Positions 1 to 13,797 of a stretch of 64,000 bases of DNA are shown piece by piece. The first letter of the stretch is position 1. The number at the start of each line of letters is the position of its first letter. The translations under genes were made by a program, and so were the position numbers. The stretch covers positions 6,510,001-6,574,000 of the forward strand of contig CM114271.1 in assembly GCA_050084515.1 (NCBI GenBank), written 5' to 3'. The stretch comes from Blasia pusilla. Taxonomy: Eukaryota. A model generated the notes under the pieces. That model was not told where the DNA came from and did no database searches. It saw only the letters and a list, made by a program, of their open reading frames with translations.

Positions 1-242
1 CTATTGGTCTTCCTTCCTGTATCAACATTCCTCCCTACGCAAAATCACTAGTATTAGTATGCACCTCGAACGGCTTGTTGAACTCCGGCAGCTTCGGTAC
101 TGACTCCTGCGATAGGATCTCTGTGACTCGGTTGAACACATCATTCACTTCTTGGGTCCAAGTTGTGTTAGCATACTTTGCGGTCCAATCTGTAAGAGAT
201 CTCACAATCCCCAAAAATATTCCTCACATAGGTTCGGTAGAA

Positions 243-935
243 CTACACCGCGCCGATAAACCTCCTCATTCCCTTCACTATGGAAGGCGGTTTCCACTCG
301 GCGATGGCTTTCACCTTGTTCATATCTGGACTAACTCCACCTTTTCTAACCACATGACCCAAGAACTTGATCTTGCACAACCCGAACTCACTCTTTTCCA
401 TATTTACGTACAACTTGTTCGCCCTTAGTTTCGACAACACCGCTCTCAAGTGTTGAGCGTGCTCCTCTAGTGCCTTCGAATAGATAAGTATATCATCAAT
501 GTAGATGATCACATACTCATCCGTCTCCTCGTGAAAAATGGAGTTCATGAATGTGTTGAACGTCAGAGGCACATTATACAGATCGAAGGGCATCACCACA
601 AACTCGAACAAGCCATATCTCGTTCTACACGCAGTCTTTTCCACATTTGCTTCAGCAATTCGAATTTGGTAATATACTGACTTCAAGTCAATCCTACTGA
701 AGTACTTTGCCCTTGACAGTCTATCAAAGAGGTCAAAAATCCCTATAAAAGGGTAATTTTTTCTCACCATCACGTTATTCAGTGCATGGTAATCCACACA
801 GAGTCTCATCTTTCCATCCTTCTTCTTCACAATGAGAACAGGCGCTCCATACGGTGACTTGCTGGTTCTAATGAAGCCCTTCTCTAAGAGCTCACTTAAT
901 TGCTTTTTCAACTTAGCAAGTGCCTCCTGATTCAA
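243..935 (-). pseudogene. Gypsy reverse transcriptase domain
   Basis: SPYGAPVLIVKKKDGKMRLCVDY, FSRIDLKSVYYQIRI, KTACRTRYGLFEFVVMPF, YIDDILIYS; frameshifted at its 3' end. Confidence 0.95.
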
Positions 936-2916
936 TTTGTATGGGGGCTTTGGAAGGTGGTTGAGATTCAGGAATAACCTCTATCTTATGATCGACTGCC
1001 CTAAGTGGTGGCAACTCGTTCGGAAGCTCATTCATCAAGACATCATCAAACTCCTTGACTACTCTCTATAGCAGTCCTAGGATTCCCCTCGAATTCGCGT
1101 CTTGATCTCTGCACTTCTTGCTTGTGACGTACTCCTTTTGTCTCATTAAGCAAAGGAACCCATCCTCCAACTCGGTGAGACTCCTCCTCGTAATGGCGTT
1201 CACCAACTCCTTTCTCACGGGTATCTTGCAAACCAATCTCACTTGCAACCGTTTGCTTTTCACTAAGACGCTCAACCTCATTGGCCTTTGTCTCAACTCC
1301 ACCTCATATGCATCCAGGAATCTGTTCCCCAAGACTCCGTCGATGCCATCCATTTCACACACTGTAAAATTCTCCTTCGACTCGAATACTCTGCATCCTA
1401 TCGCCAAACCCAGCACCAACTCGGAACTTCGATGAGACTTGCCTTTGGCAAAGCCTACTGAATGGGCTCGTCCACCTTAGAGGTTGACAAACCCAACTCC
1501 TTCATGATTCTCGGGCTCAGGAAGGAGTGCGAAGCACTTGTATCCACGAGCAACATCACATCGCGATCAGCAATCTTGGAGCTTAGGTACACCAAGTTGG
1601 GCGTCCTCTTGGTGACTTGAAGGGAGGTCTCCAGACCTCATGCTGACAAGTGCTTAGAAGCCAACCCAATCATACTCCCATTACTAATCTTCGATTTGGA
1701 GCATCCCTTTGCCATGTGCCCAGTTTCGCCACAGTTGTAGCATACCATCTTGCTGTTTCCTGACATCGGAAATTGCGCTCCCTTTTTCTTAGCATGGCGT
1801 TCCTGTCGGGTTGCCGCCGGGTTGAGAGACTCTCCTTGGTCCAGCGCAACCCCACTCTAGACTCTCTTGGGTGCCCCTTTGTTTTTCAAACTCTTGGAAA
1901 AACTTTTCATCTCAAAGGGCTTCGGCGTTTGGACCTCGTCGTCCCCAATCCACTCTGCTAGCCTCAACACTTCCACGCAGGTGTTCGGCAACTCCGACAT
2001 CCTATACAAGGCCTTCTCCGCACTCGGTTTGAGTCCACCGATGAAAATGGCTATCTGAGATTCCTCATGTATCTTATGCATGGAGTTCAACTTTGCGCTG
2101 AACTCCCTCACCTAAGCGCTAAGGGACCAAGTCTGCCGCAATCACACGAGCTCTACCCTATTGCGGATCTCTTGGTACTCCGGGGTGAATTGGTCACCAA
2201 TCAGCGTCTTGAACTCCTCCCAACTTAGAGGTGAACCACCAGCCAAATGTTCTTCTCACTAAGTTATCCACCACTGTAGCGTATTATCCTTTAGAAAGCT
2301 GACCGCCAATGCCACCTTATCTTGTTCTGCTGCTCTATGCGCCTCAAAGTAGTATTCCATCTCCATAAGGAAATCTTTCACCTTGCGAGAACGCCGCACT
2401 CCAGTGAATGGTGTGTGCAGGTTCGTTTTGCAGAGCTTCTTGCCGAAACTCAAAGCTCGGTTCGACTCAAGCTCTGCAATCCGCTTGTTTTGCAAGAATA
2501 CTTGCTCTGTCATCACCTTCACATAGTCCATCATTTGGGCAAAGAATCCCGGTTCACTTGAGTTTGGAGCCGTTGGCTCCATGGAAGGGTCTGTGTTTGG
2601 CACATCCTCATGTCTAGTGTTTGACACTCCGGGAGTTGGCGTTTCCTCCACCAGCTCCCGATCTTGCATCGCTTCGTCCCACGCTTCGCGTCGCTTGACT
2701 CGGCGTTTCCGTGGTTCATCTCCCTCTGTTGTCATCTTCAAGCCGCCACCCTCAGATCTCCTCCTTGTTTCTTGAGTCCTCGACTCGGCACCTCGTCAAG
2801 CTCAACCTTCCCTCTTTCTTAGGTTCCCAACACGAGCAAGTCTAGCAAGACTTGAGACAAACTTTCTGGTTAGTCTAGGCACCTAAAACGGCCTTTGTGC
2901 GCCTATCGGTCCCAAC

Positions 2917-3721
2917 TGTCCAACACACCTCGCATGAGTCCCCAAGCAAGACTCAAAATTATGAGTCGCGAGTTGGAATCCAATAGGGACCTCCAAAATC
3001 CACTCTATTGGACTTGGTTCGGGTTTCAAATCCCAACGCCAAACTCTCGATCCGTTCCGTGCCCTTCAGTCGCCCCACGGCGCCCAAAGTGGGGTTCGAG
3101 TCCCAAGCACCCTTGGAGACCTTCCCCCTTACTAGTACTTCTTGGGATTCCCGGGGCCCCCCTATCTTTGGGAAGGAGCACCCGGGCCCCTCTTTTTGGC
3201 CCTCGACCCCACTCCCCGCTCAGTGGGTTTTGGCCCATATCTCGGCTTTTGCTTAAGCGTTTTCCAAGATCTTTGGTACGTTGGAACTGGATCTATATAA
3301 GTTTTCCGACGCTATCTTACTTGTCCCAAACACATATTGGGACTAAAATTTATGGTCAAAGTACAGTCGGAAACTCCAAACGCTAGCCGCGTCCCAAGTC
3401 CGGTTCTCACCCCTTGGCCACGTCTCCTTCCAAGACTCGCCTTCGCTTAAGTGTGGGTTCCGCGTTTGGTTAGGATTTCTTGGTCGCGACCATAAACGCA
3501 TGAACACTTGAAATGCTCGCCGCGCTTTCGTCTCGCACTTGTGTTTTTCTAACTCCAAAGCGCAAACCATCCTAGCGTAAGCTCGCTAGAGTTCGGATGT
3601 TCTGCTTGCCGCTCGTTTGGTTATGAGGGTCGAAACACAACATGTTGTTGGCAAGTTCATTGTCTTTTGTCTACTTCTCATGTTTCATATGGAATTGGGA
3701 CAAAATCCCAATTCTCTTACA
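2917..3721 (-). repeat. Probable 5' LTR (~805 bp) of the left Gypsy element
   Basis: Minus strand starts TGTAAG (3721) and ends ..TGGACA (2917), followed by GT-TGGGACCGATAGG at the PBS position. TATA-like TTATATAG at ~3293-3300. The second LTR is outside the window, so the ends are unconfirmed. Confidence 0.6.
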
Positions 3722-5052
3722 TTTTATAAGAACGACTAGTTTGCATCTATGAGTGGATCTCATTTTCCATGGCTTTTAAGTCGATCTAGACTCCCAACCA
3801 ATTTTTGTCACTGAACCCTATAAGAATGTGAGTGTGAAACTAGACATTGTATAATGACTAGTATAAATCTGATAAAGTATTCGTACAGGCCAGTGGAAGG
3901 TGATCCCCAAAAGGAGACGTCTCCTAAATCCGTGACTATTAGGCTTGTGTGGATGATCCACTCCTGGATTAGTATTGCGCTCACACGGATTGAGTTCTGT
4001 GACCCCGTCTTTTCAGGGGTCGCCTTTTCTGGGGTCGCCAATCAGGAGGTGGATTCGTTCCGGTGAGGATTTGTAGTCTTTTGACGGATCATTTGAAAAA
4101 GGGTGATGTCTACGAACTTGACATGTCTCGTGGACAAGAGCAACGTGATGCAAGAATATTTCCTGAGTGTGAATCCCAAGAGTTCTTGTAGACCTGCATG
4201 ATAATGTGTTACATGCATTTCAACCTGCTCACAAATTTCCAACAGACCCCTCACCCTCATGTATCTCTTCACTCGCAAAAAAGGGTCTTCCATGTCAAGT
4301 TTTAACAGATGTGTCAACAAATTAAGACATTTAAACTTTCTACTTTTAGTCACTTGGGTGACTTCAAGTAGAAACATTCGTCAAATTTCCTTCTATAGAA
4401 TTAATGGCTATATTTTTCTTGCGGTAGGGGTTTAAAATGTTGGATGATTGTCCTGCAATGCTGACCACCAATAGCAATCACTGCCACTCTCTTCATTCTT
4501 TTGAAATATTGGTGATCTCCACGCCCCCACAAATACAACCAACCATGTCGAATAGTTGACCTTGTTAGACTATAATTCATGAACATCTCTTCAACATCAG
4601 CGAATTGGTCTTAGCGTACTCAAAAGTGTAATCAAAAAACCTTTGCCAGAATGCGGGGCCTGTACACAAGAGGAACAGATCCAGTTGATTCAGAAGCTTT
4701 TCAGATTTCTGAAGTTGAAAGGCTTGCTTTGTATTTCTTGGCACAAGATAACATTTGCTTGTGATCTAGCACTTAGCAAAATTTGTACACCCCACTAAAC
4801 CCAAGGGTATACAGTCCATGACTGTCACTGTGGACAAACGCTTAACACCGCGTCCAAAACAATCCCATTAGAATGATATCCTGTTTTCCAGCAGATTCCT
4901 GCTCTAAACCTCAGAGAACGGAGACAAAATTTTCAAATGTACACTTAAATCTGATGAAGATTGGTGGATGGTAGTTAATCACTGCACAACATCCCTTGAG
5001 TATTTGTGACCAGTGTACAATCCCTCATTTATCATTGGAAAGACGATTTCAG

Positions 5053-8000
5053 TTACACCTTCTCAGCAACAGCAGAAGCATTGCCAGTTAGCTGATTTCT
5101 ATAGTCTACGAGCTCTTTTGCCACCGACAGCTTGTTATATCGTTGTGCCTGCAAAAAATAATGGTAGAAATTAGTAGTCTGTGGTCCAGTTTTTCATGGA
5201 GCCACACTCAAGCCTAGGGGGGTTACTGCTTGTGAGCCAAGGACAGGATGGAAACTGAAGAATCAAGCTAGAGTTTGTGCAAGGCAAACCTGAAGAATAA
5301 GTTGTTCCAAGAAGTTGGTCTTGTCAACAGGGAAGTCGGGTGATGAAAGAAGCTCAAAAAGCTGCATAAAAAGAAAACATCAAGTCGAACTCATTGTGAC
5401 CAAGAAAGTCTTAACACAACCAAATTTGCTTCCTGTTGATGGCCCTCTATGGAATCTTCACATAACAGGGAATCATCTTGTCATTATAGAGGAGGAGAAA
5501 AATTAAGTATTACACTCCCATAATACGGTAAAAGCATAGGGAAGCAGGAGAGGTACCTTCTGTGTGTTGCTTGGTTTTACGTATCGTAATGCTTTGACAA
5601 TGGTCAGGAGGAAGTTAATAACTTCATCTCTATCCTTCTCAGTGCCTAATGGAGTGAAAACTACAACCCGCCTTTTTCGTTGGGATCTTGGTGGCTCATC
5701 AGATAGTGACTTGAGCTTTTCTAAACCACACAGCAGTTCCCCACATGGCGAAACGGATCTCTCCAAACTAGCTGCTGGAAGCTCTGCTCCTGTTAGTGAA
5801 GGCTGTTTTTCTCCTACTAACAATGCGTTACTTCTTCTTCCTTCAATACTCTCATCACCCATCTCTGAATCAAAAAAGGAAGTTACTTTAACTTCAATGG
5901 GCAAGGCCGGATCTTGTGCATCACTTAATCTCAGATCACCTTGCCTCTCAATCATCTTTAGCACATCAACAATCCGAGGACCATCTGTGCTTGGAGGCTG
6001 TGTGTCTGGTAAGGTTCTGGCCCGAGATGTGACCTCTGCATTGTTAGCTGAGGCCGCTTCTGAATTCCCATCCACTGCAGACCCCGAACTAGAAAGCGAC
6101 GATGTGGACACATTGGAAGACTCTTGCCGCCTCCTCCGCTTTCTCCCCCGGAAAAGTGGCCCACCTGGACCTTCCAGCCATGCCTCATCTGCCCCGTCAT
6201 TTTTCTCTTGTCTGTAAGGATTACCAAACATTGTCCTCTGCTGCTTGCTACGATCCTGCTCCTCAGCCTGTGAGCACATTGGTAAAACAATGAGTTTAAA
6301 AGTCACTTGACATCCAAATCATAATGACACATCTGAGGGACATCGACATGGTATGGTCAACAAGCTTCAAACTCATTGCGGAAAGTGACTGATGGCATAA
6401 TGGATATAACTGCATTTACATGACTACCCCAACTCAAAGACCATTTAAAAAGCCTTTGCCCATCATAAGAGTAAACCAATTATGAGAGATAATGAGCTGG
6501 AAGGTAAAATACTGACAAATGGATTCCGAGGAGGTTGCTGTTTCATGAGGGCCTCGTTGAAATCACCCATCTGCAGGGATATTTTCGTTTACAAAGCAAG
6601 ATGATCAAAAACATCTCAATCTAGGCTGCCAAAAAGTTCTGATCCTACCAACAGTATCAATATCTTCCCTTTATCAACAAAGAAACCACAGGCAGGTACT
6701 AGATCCACACGAGGCGACAGAGTACAGGACAAGAAAAGATTCAACAATGCTTCTTTGGAGCCCGACCAAATGGTATTGTGTGGAAACTCTCCCAAAAAAA
6801 TTTGTTCACATGAGGGAAGTATAGCTGAAAGAAAAATGCGGTAAAACTAACTCAAGATGAAATCTCCATGCAAATCAGCAACCCAAACAAATTCATTTGG
6901 GTCATACTCACAGGTCGCTCAATCTTAATTTCCAACATCTATTGCACTGATCCGTTTTGAACTTGACCAAAGTTTTATGATGAAATGACTACTGCACACT
7001 CACCTTCTCTATAGGCAGAGAATGACGAGCTTCATCTTCTTCTTTTGCTGCCAGACGAGCAGCAAGCACACTAATGGCTGAGCTCTTTCCCTTCCCATTA
7101 TCCATCCTCCGATTTTGGCGAGCATCCATTGCAACAGCAATACGGATAGGTAAATACTGCAACTGCCTGTACAAATAGTGGCAACGGAACTTCAAATTTT
7201 TTACTGTCATTTGAAACATGAAATAAAATGCTCCTGCAATTGAGATTTCACACAAAGAACACCAAGAGTCACCTGAGCAGTTGTTCTCGGGACACATCGA
7301 ATGGATTCTTGAACAGAGGTATGTCTTTCATAACTCCAATATTTGGAGAATTTGACAGACTATCATTGTTTTGAATTCCCATGTTGGGTCCATATCCAGG
7401 TATGTTTGGAGCTCCTGGTGCTGCAAACGTTCCAGGTGATGTGGCAAGAAATCCCGAGGTTGAAGAAGGTCCAGAGGGAATCAGAGCTTCCCAGCCTTTC
7501 CGGGCAACCAACTGATCTCCATGGCCTACGCCACGAATTTGCTGATTCAGCACAGAGGGTATAGGTAAGGTGTTGGACACAATGCCTGCATTAATTCCTC
7601 CTGTGAACCCAGGGGGGGCTTCTGTGTTCGGTGTTGAAGACACAGATGGGAGAGTTCGACCCTGATAGTTACCAGTTCCATTAGCAGTGCTTATACCGAG
7701 CGATTGCTGCTGTGTCTGCAAAACCACAGACATTTTGTAGACATACAGCTTAGCGGTCAAAATAACTCTTCAAACTATCAGCTAAGAAGGCTTTCTTTCA
7801 CCGGTGTTAAGACACACATCCATGATATAGTTGAATTCTTCCTTCCACACCCATCTCCATGGAATACAACTGTCCAAAATTTTCCTCACAGTTTAGCAAT
7901 CCAAGAAATTACTGCAAAATACTGATGAGAGTTCAAGACTTTGTGTGTTGGAATGGAATATGATTGACACCCTCTGCTGAGAACTATTCAAATTTACTCA

Positions 8001-11000
8001 TAGCTGTGAACTTGTTAACTTCTCAAGTTCTCCACTTTGATGTATTCAACCTTGGGAATGAGTGAACTCCTTACCAGTATCCGTTTCATCTCTTCATCTA
8101 GATCTGCTTTGGCTTGCATTTTTAGGCGCTTAAGCTGTGTTCCCACAAATCCTGATTCTATAGGTATACTATCCGGAACAACATGTGAATTCAAGCCCCA
8201 TCGTTTTAGTGCTGTTCGGAGTGGTGCCCCGTAGTATGAAGGGATACTATTGCAGTATCGTTCAATGTCTTGACGCCATTGTGGAAGTGGAAGTGGTGGT
8301 ATCTTGGCTGCACCAGACGATTTTGTCACTTGCTCCAAAAGCTGCCAAAGAACCTGCTCTCCAACAGCCATTCTCACTAATCGGTGTCACTCCATTGAAA
8401 CTTGCCACATCTTCAAACACTTCACAAGATTCAGTTCTACCCTAACTCTTGGACAAGCTCACATATACAACTATTTGCAGGTGATGTATCTAAACACTTT
8501 CCTTCAACAGTCTTAAAAAACCTATTCTTCCGTAGTGTTTTGAATCAGATAGAAAATAATTGGACCACAACGTTAGTATATTTATTGATTATGCCCCAGA
8601 GTTACTGACCGGATAGTTGTAGGGAAGAACAACCAAGGTCAATGTAGTCCCACCACGGTTAAGTCGGAGATACCTGTGTGATGCAGTATTTCAAAATTAA
8701 GTTCCCAGCTGACTATTCTGTGGCTTCACAGAGCTCGAGACCTTTTCTCAACATCTCAGCTCCTACAACTATCATCATACAAGTCTACCTGTCCACTCAT
8801 CACCAGAAGGTCTGGCAAGTATTTCTAGCTTATTTCTTATAACTTATGAAACTCTAGTTGACAAAGACCTGAAAGCATAGACAAGCTAACTTCAAAAAGA
8901 AACTCAAGGAGGGCATACATTCAACATAAAGAACATCTGAGAAACAGGGTGTCACATTATGTACCCACCCAAACGGGTCACCATAGCCATGGCTTGTTCC
9001 TTTACTGTTTTTGACATACACTTGCCAGCAAACTCCTGTGGCTGCCTTGAGGAGAAACCCCATAATTGGATTGGACTCAATCTGAACATATCACAAATCT
9101 GCTTTTAAACCACTGTCAAGGAGGCCAAAGAATCTCTCTGTGATTAAAGACAAACAATCAGCCAAGACAAAAACAGGTTTACTTTCATTAGAAATTTGTC
9201 TTGAGTATCATGAGGAATGGAAAGAAAATCCACGCATGGCACTACTTGCAATAAAATGCAGAGACCAAATCTGATGCAACAGATGTATATTAATGGAAGG
9301 AAAGGCGTGGCAATTGAACTTCCAATACTTTGCCTGGCCTAGTTCATATACAGTGAATGGTCACACAGGCAAATTGACATTACTTACATTTTGAATATTC
9401 CTACATCTAAACATCACAAATATATTTCTGGTCGTCTCCCAAACTGCAACCACAGCTCAGAGAGTAACTATGGGGCCACTTGGAACACAAAATCCTACAG
9501 CCTAGCAGCACAGGACATGTGTCCAAAAAAGAAATTTGGCATGTGCACAATAAACCACCATTACGAGGACTCACATCATATTTATCACATAAAAAGTTGG
9601 CAGGTATAGATGGATCTGCATCCACAGCTTTGTAGGCAATTGTTGGATGGGCTTCTCGTGGAGGGAGAACGGGGTGAGAGGGATCTGGCCAAAATGCCTC
9701 TGGAATAGGCCAGTGACCTTGCTGTGCCTGACCTCCCCTGACATATAGCATCTTCCGCAGGCAAGCTGTTTGGACCTGAAACCACACAGTGATGTGTAGA
9801 ATGAGGGCTCTCATTATTTACTCACTCAACACTTGACCTGGACACTTGCACGAAAAGGGCGGCATAATCGTGTTTCTTTTCCCCTTGGATGAGATTATAT
9901 CCTTGACTATTTTGACACACAAACCTTCCACCAAAACTCACCATGACTTCAGCCCAAACTTTTTCTTCTAGGCTATAAAATAATCAGAGTTACCGATGTT
10001 GATTACCTGAGGTGGAAGATTTTGGGATCCTGGCAGGGGCATGTGCTCAAATGATACAACCACGCAAGGTGGCAATCTTGTGGCCGTGACTTCCGTGTGC
10101 TGCATCAGGACTTTCCAGCTGGTGGCAACAAAGCACTTACCACTGGAAAAGACCACCAGATAATATGACAATATGACAAACCACACCTTGCCTAGAAGGT
10201 GTTTGAAGAGGGCAACTGAGTAGTAGGAAAAGGCAGATTTGCAAATCAGTAGCAGTAGCTTACATGAATGGATACAGAACACCATGTTCAAGTTATGGCC
10301 CAATTTTTTAAGGTTCAAGGCATTTAACTTCAGTATGATACCCCTCTTCTAGCAAGCATCAAAAGGACTTCTTGCTAGAGGAAATATAGCAAAAGAAACG
10401 TTTTCCAGCTGCAGACTGTAGCCTACAGATTCATGGGATGCCTTCCTGGCAATATTAAAGACAAGCAAACCTAGAAACTCCAAAAGGATGGAGATTTACT
10501 TCAACTCTTACCCAGTAAACTCACAGAAGCCTGATATAAGTTTATCCATTTGAACAGCAGTTTGTGAACCAGATATTGGAGCATTCTGGGGAATGGGTCC
10601 GCTCCTTTCTAAAACTGCGGAACTCACTGAAGGTATTCTGGATCAAACCATTTAAAGAAGATTTCATTAATGTAATAAAGACAACGCGTCATTTTACTTG
10701 GTTTTGAGACAAAACAGTGCTCCACTTTAATAGCACAATCACCTAGTATTCTCCAATATGATACAGTGAGCACCGAATCACTAAATCTAAAGTAAGGAGA
10801 GGTTTCATGCCCGTAGTGACCATGGCACCCTTCAAACTTTCAAATCAACCAAAGAGCTTTTGGATGACTCAGATTGTCAAAGCTCTACATAGATGGACTA
10901 AAGATTACTCCTCCTCGGTCCATCTTCCACTGGAATTTTATCAACATGAGTTTCGGGCATCTTCCTAGCAGGAAATGTCAAGGAACACATATGTCAAGAT

Positions 11001-12483
11001 GTTCCAGAAAGATGTAGGTTTCTGATGCAACGGATAATACTTCTCATATAATATCTAACCTGAGAACTGTTGCAAATACTCGCTGGTCCCATCTGAATGG
11101 TTGCATCGATAAATCAGCACCCACCGGACTTGGCCCATTTTGTATAAGATTCTGAGTCACACCTGCCTGCAATCAAAATGTAAAAAGGAAATTGTACAGC
11201 TAACCTTTCAAATCCTTGCTGACAAAGTGAAAGAGTAATGAGCGATCTAGTGAACTTGAAACAAATTGGAGATTTAGTACCAGAGAGGTCAATTCTGTGC
11301 CATCGGTTAAAAGCATAATGGTTGTAGGATCAATGGAGCATGGATTGCGTCCTTGACCTGCAAGAGAATCATAATCCTTCTTTGAGCACTTTTCAGCAGC
11401 ATCAGAACCCATTTGGCAAAAACACAAATAGTTTAACTGTGATTCAAGGCTGGACATGTGGAAAGTTATGAAAGAAGGCATACCGTATCTATCAATGTCA
11501 ACTGCCAATCTCTGGACATGAAGAAAGCTGAAAATCCTCTGCATCGCTGAACCTATGTTTGTAAGATCTCGGGCTTGCACACTCTTCAAGGCACGCATAA
11601 AATGCGTAAAAGGATACTTATCCACAGCCTGAAAACACACCTACAGATCTCAGTATGGAGGAAAAAAAAACTTCCACCAATAACCCTGAATATGCCAGTG
11701 TGGCCAATTTAAATAAAGGTACTTCAGACGAGAACAGAAGATTCAATCATTCGGCGTTCATTTTGTTTTGTGCTGCGAGCTGCTGATATATGACAAAGGG
11801 CACAAAACCATCATCTTAAACATTTCTCAGACCTAGTCGAGTCAAAAGCTACCTTGATTGCATCCGGCCCGTCTTCGCATGTAACCAACATATACCTGCA
11901 CCAGTATTCCGTGTGGGAGTCTGTCGATAATCAGTCTTTTTCCAAATAAAGAAACGGAATGTCGACGTAAACACATTTAGAATTCACAGAATTACTCGGC
12001 CAATTACGTCTTCAACCATCATTTGACTTGGAATTTTGTCTGAGAAATGAGTCCAGACCTGTCCAGTCGACACGACGCATCCCGGGAACGAACCTGCAAA
12101 ACCGAAGTCTCCATAAACAATAATGCAGAGAGTCCACTTGCCCACCTCGAGGGGAACAATAATGGATCCACACGAAGAAACTGCTCACAAGAACCACTTT
12201 ACTCTCCAAATCGAAGTGCGAGAGTGCAAATACACTCGTTTAGATGAAAATTCAAGGTCAATGGCCCAGTCATCCAGCATCAACGCACTTCAAATTCCAG
12301 AATTCCTGCTTAACAGCAAGTCAGCGATCAATCAATCCATCCATCTATCGCTCAATCGAACACCCAATCGCGCACCTTGTGGAAATGTTCCACGGAACTT
12401 TTGGCACAGTCCAGCAGAGAGAGTCCATTGGCGCAGCGCTGGTTCATGGACGCGCTGGTGTCCAGCAGAAACACCACCAACAT
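5053..12483 (-). CDS. INTS6: Integrator complex subunit 6 homolog (VWA domain + INTS6 C-terminal domain), about 17-19 exons
   Basis: Exon 1 (12376-12483) reads MLVVFLLDTSASMNQRCANGLSLLDCAKSSVEHFHK, like the animal INTS6 N-terminus. Later exons give DIDRYG|QGRNPCSIDPTTIMLLTDG, PFRWDQRVF, GHWPIPEAFWPD..LPPREAHP, DKYD|IESNPI, GDPFG|YLRL..LVVLPYNYP|VLWQLL, FGNPY, and terminal LFELLS..FLEQLILQ|AQRYNK..V-stop (TAA at 5053-5055). The junctions I checked are GT-AG. Confidence 0.93.
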
Positions 12484-12733
12484 TTTGTCTCTCTCTCCTC
12501 AACCGCCCCCTACGCAACACCCCGACACCAATTTTCTCCTCCCCAACCTCCATACAACAATCTCCCCTCCCCTCCACCATCCACAAAAAAATCTAACTCG
12601 ATCACGCACTCCTCCAAATTCTCCGAACTAGATCCGATCGATTCCTAAGAGCTCCACAGTGCGCGAAAATTCTGTCACTCCTTTCTTACTCTGCGATTTG
12701 CACGCTACGAATTCTTCCTGCTCTCTCACGGAT

Positions 12734-12743
12734 AAACCCTAAA
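12734..12743. promoter_or_regulatory. Telo-box-like motif (AAACCCTAAA) upstream of INTS6
   Basis: Exact AAACCCTAAA about 250 bp upstream of the INTS6 ATG; short motif, function untested. Confidence 0.35.
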
Positions 12744-13563
12744 CCCCCTGACGCCCTGTCATCTCTTCAGACGTCAGACCTGACTCCTATCCACCCTGGC
12801 TTCTTCAGTAGCGTAGATCTGACACCTGGACGACAGTACTAATCCGTGTCCGCCGTCCGATAAAATCTCGCCATCAAGAAGATGCAGCTCCGCCCATTAT
12901 TTGACGCCTCCCCAACCAATGTGGAAAGCCTCACTACATTGACTACAACCGACAACCTCCAAAGACGCTGGAGATTACTGTTGAGCAGTTTTCCGCTATT
13001 ATCGAGAGACCTGCGCTCCCTACACTTGCCTACAGTGACGAGACAAAAAAGACGCCACGTCCCATTGTCAGGACTTCCCAATTTAGTAAAGTTTGTGCTG
13101 CCGCAGCTGCCCGGGCCCCGCGGTGATGGTCGTCGTGCCTGACGTCATCAAATCTGCCGACAGTGTCGACGTGTCGGGCAGTCGTGCCTTGGGGATCTGC
13201 ACGTGTGCTATTGGTATGACTTTCCTACATAGACTGACCTGAGTCACCTGACATATTCTACAGCCTATCAGGATCGGGCTCGTGCACCCTTCAGACCGGC
13301 TAATCCTATCGCACCACGCGGCCACTCAAGCGTGTCGATGTTGCTCCGTGGCCACCAAGGACCCCGTCCCGCTCCTTTCCCAGTCGCAATCGAGTTCGTT
13401 GCGTCCGCCCTAATAGTTGGAAGAATTTTGTTTCTTAGCTGTTATTTCCGATTTATGGGTTACGGAAATGGGTGATAATCAAATTGGAAAGACTTTCTAG
13501 TCGCGTGAAATCCGGTTCAGGTCCCATTAACCGGTGTACGTTCCATCAGTAATCGGGTCCTAA

Positions 13564-13797
13564 GGGGCACAATTATATGGACACCCGCGGAGGTTGCGGC
13601 GACCCACTTTTTGCTCCCAAAAGGGTAATCCAACGATATACGGAGTAAAATCTTTTGGTCTCGGCTAAAAACTTCCGGTCCTCAATTAAATAAGGTCGCG
13701 AAGACGCTGGGCCAATTCTGCGCCCAAAAATTTTGGGCGTAGGAAAATCGACTACCCTCTATGGTCGCGGCGATCCTGCGCGCATGGAATCAAGCCC
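13564..13797. mobile_element. PIF/Harbinger (Tourist-like) MITE, copy 1
   Basis: Flanked by TAA/TAA in a C-TAA-G target, with degenerate GGG(G)C.. / ..GCCC TIRs. Reverse-complement homolog of 38944-39174. Internal palindrome CGCCCAAAAATTTTGGGCG. Confidence 0.75.

Larger units (their letters stand above)
1..3721 (-). mobile_element. Ty3/Gypsy LTR retrotransposon, 5' half (LTR, gag, protease, RT, start of RNase H); decayed and truncated by the window edge
   Basis: Minus-strand order: gag (ORFs 2259-2741, 1857-2111), zinc knuckle CYNCGETGHMAKGC (~1695-1745), protease LLVDTSASHSFLS (~1515-1555), RT with SKSPYGAPVLIVKKKDGKMRLCVDY and YIDD (243-935), then RNase H start LPEFNKPFEVHT (<100). Several stops and frameshifts. 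Confidence 0.95.

Noticed and set aside
3790-4600. Short ORFs and a GACCCC/GGGGTC hairpin between the LTR and the INTS6 3' end
   Set aside because: No recognisable domain, termini or TSD.
5564-6217. 217-aa plus-strand ORF
   Set aside because: Antisense shadow of a large INTS6 exon; the same applies to the plus-strand ORFs at 12123-12648.
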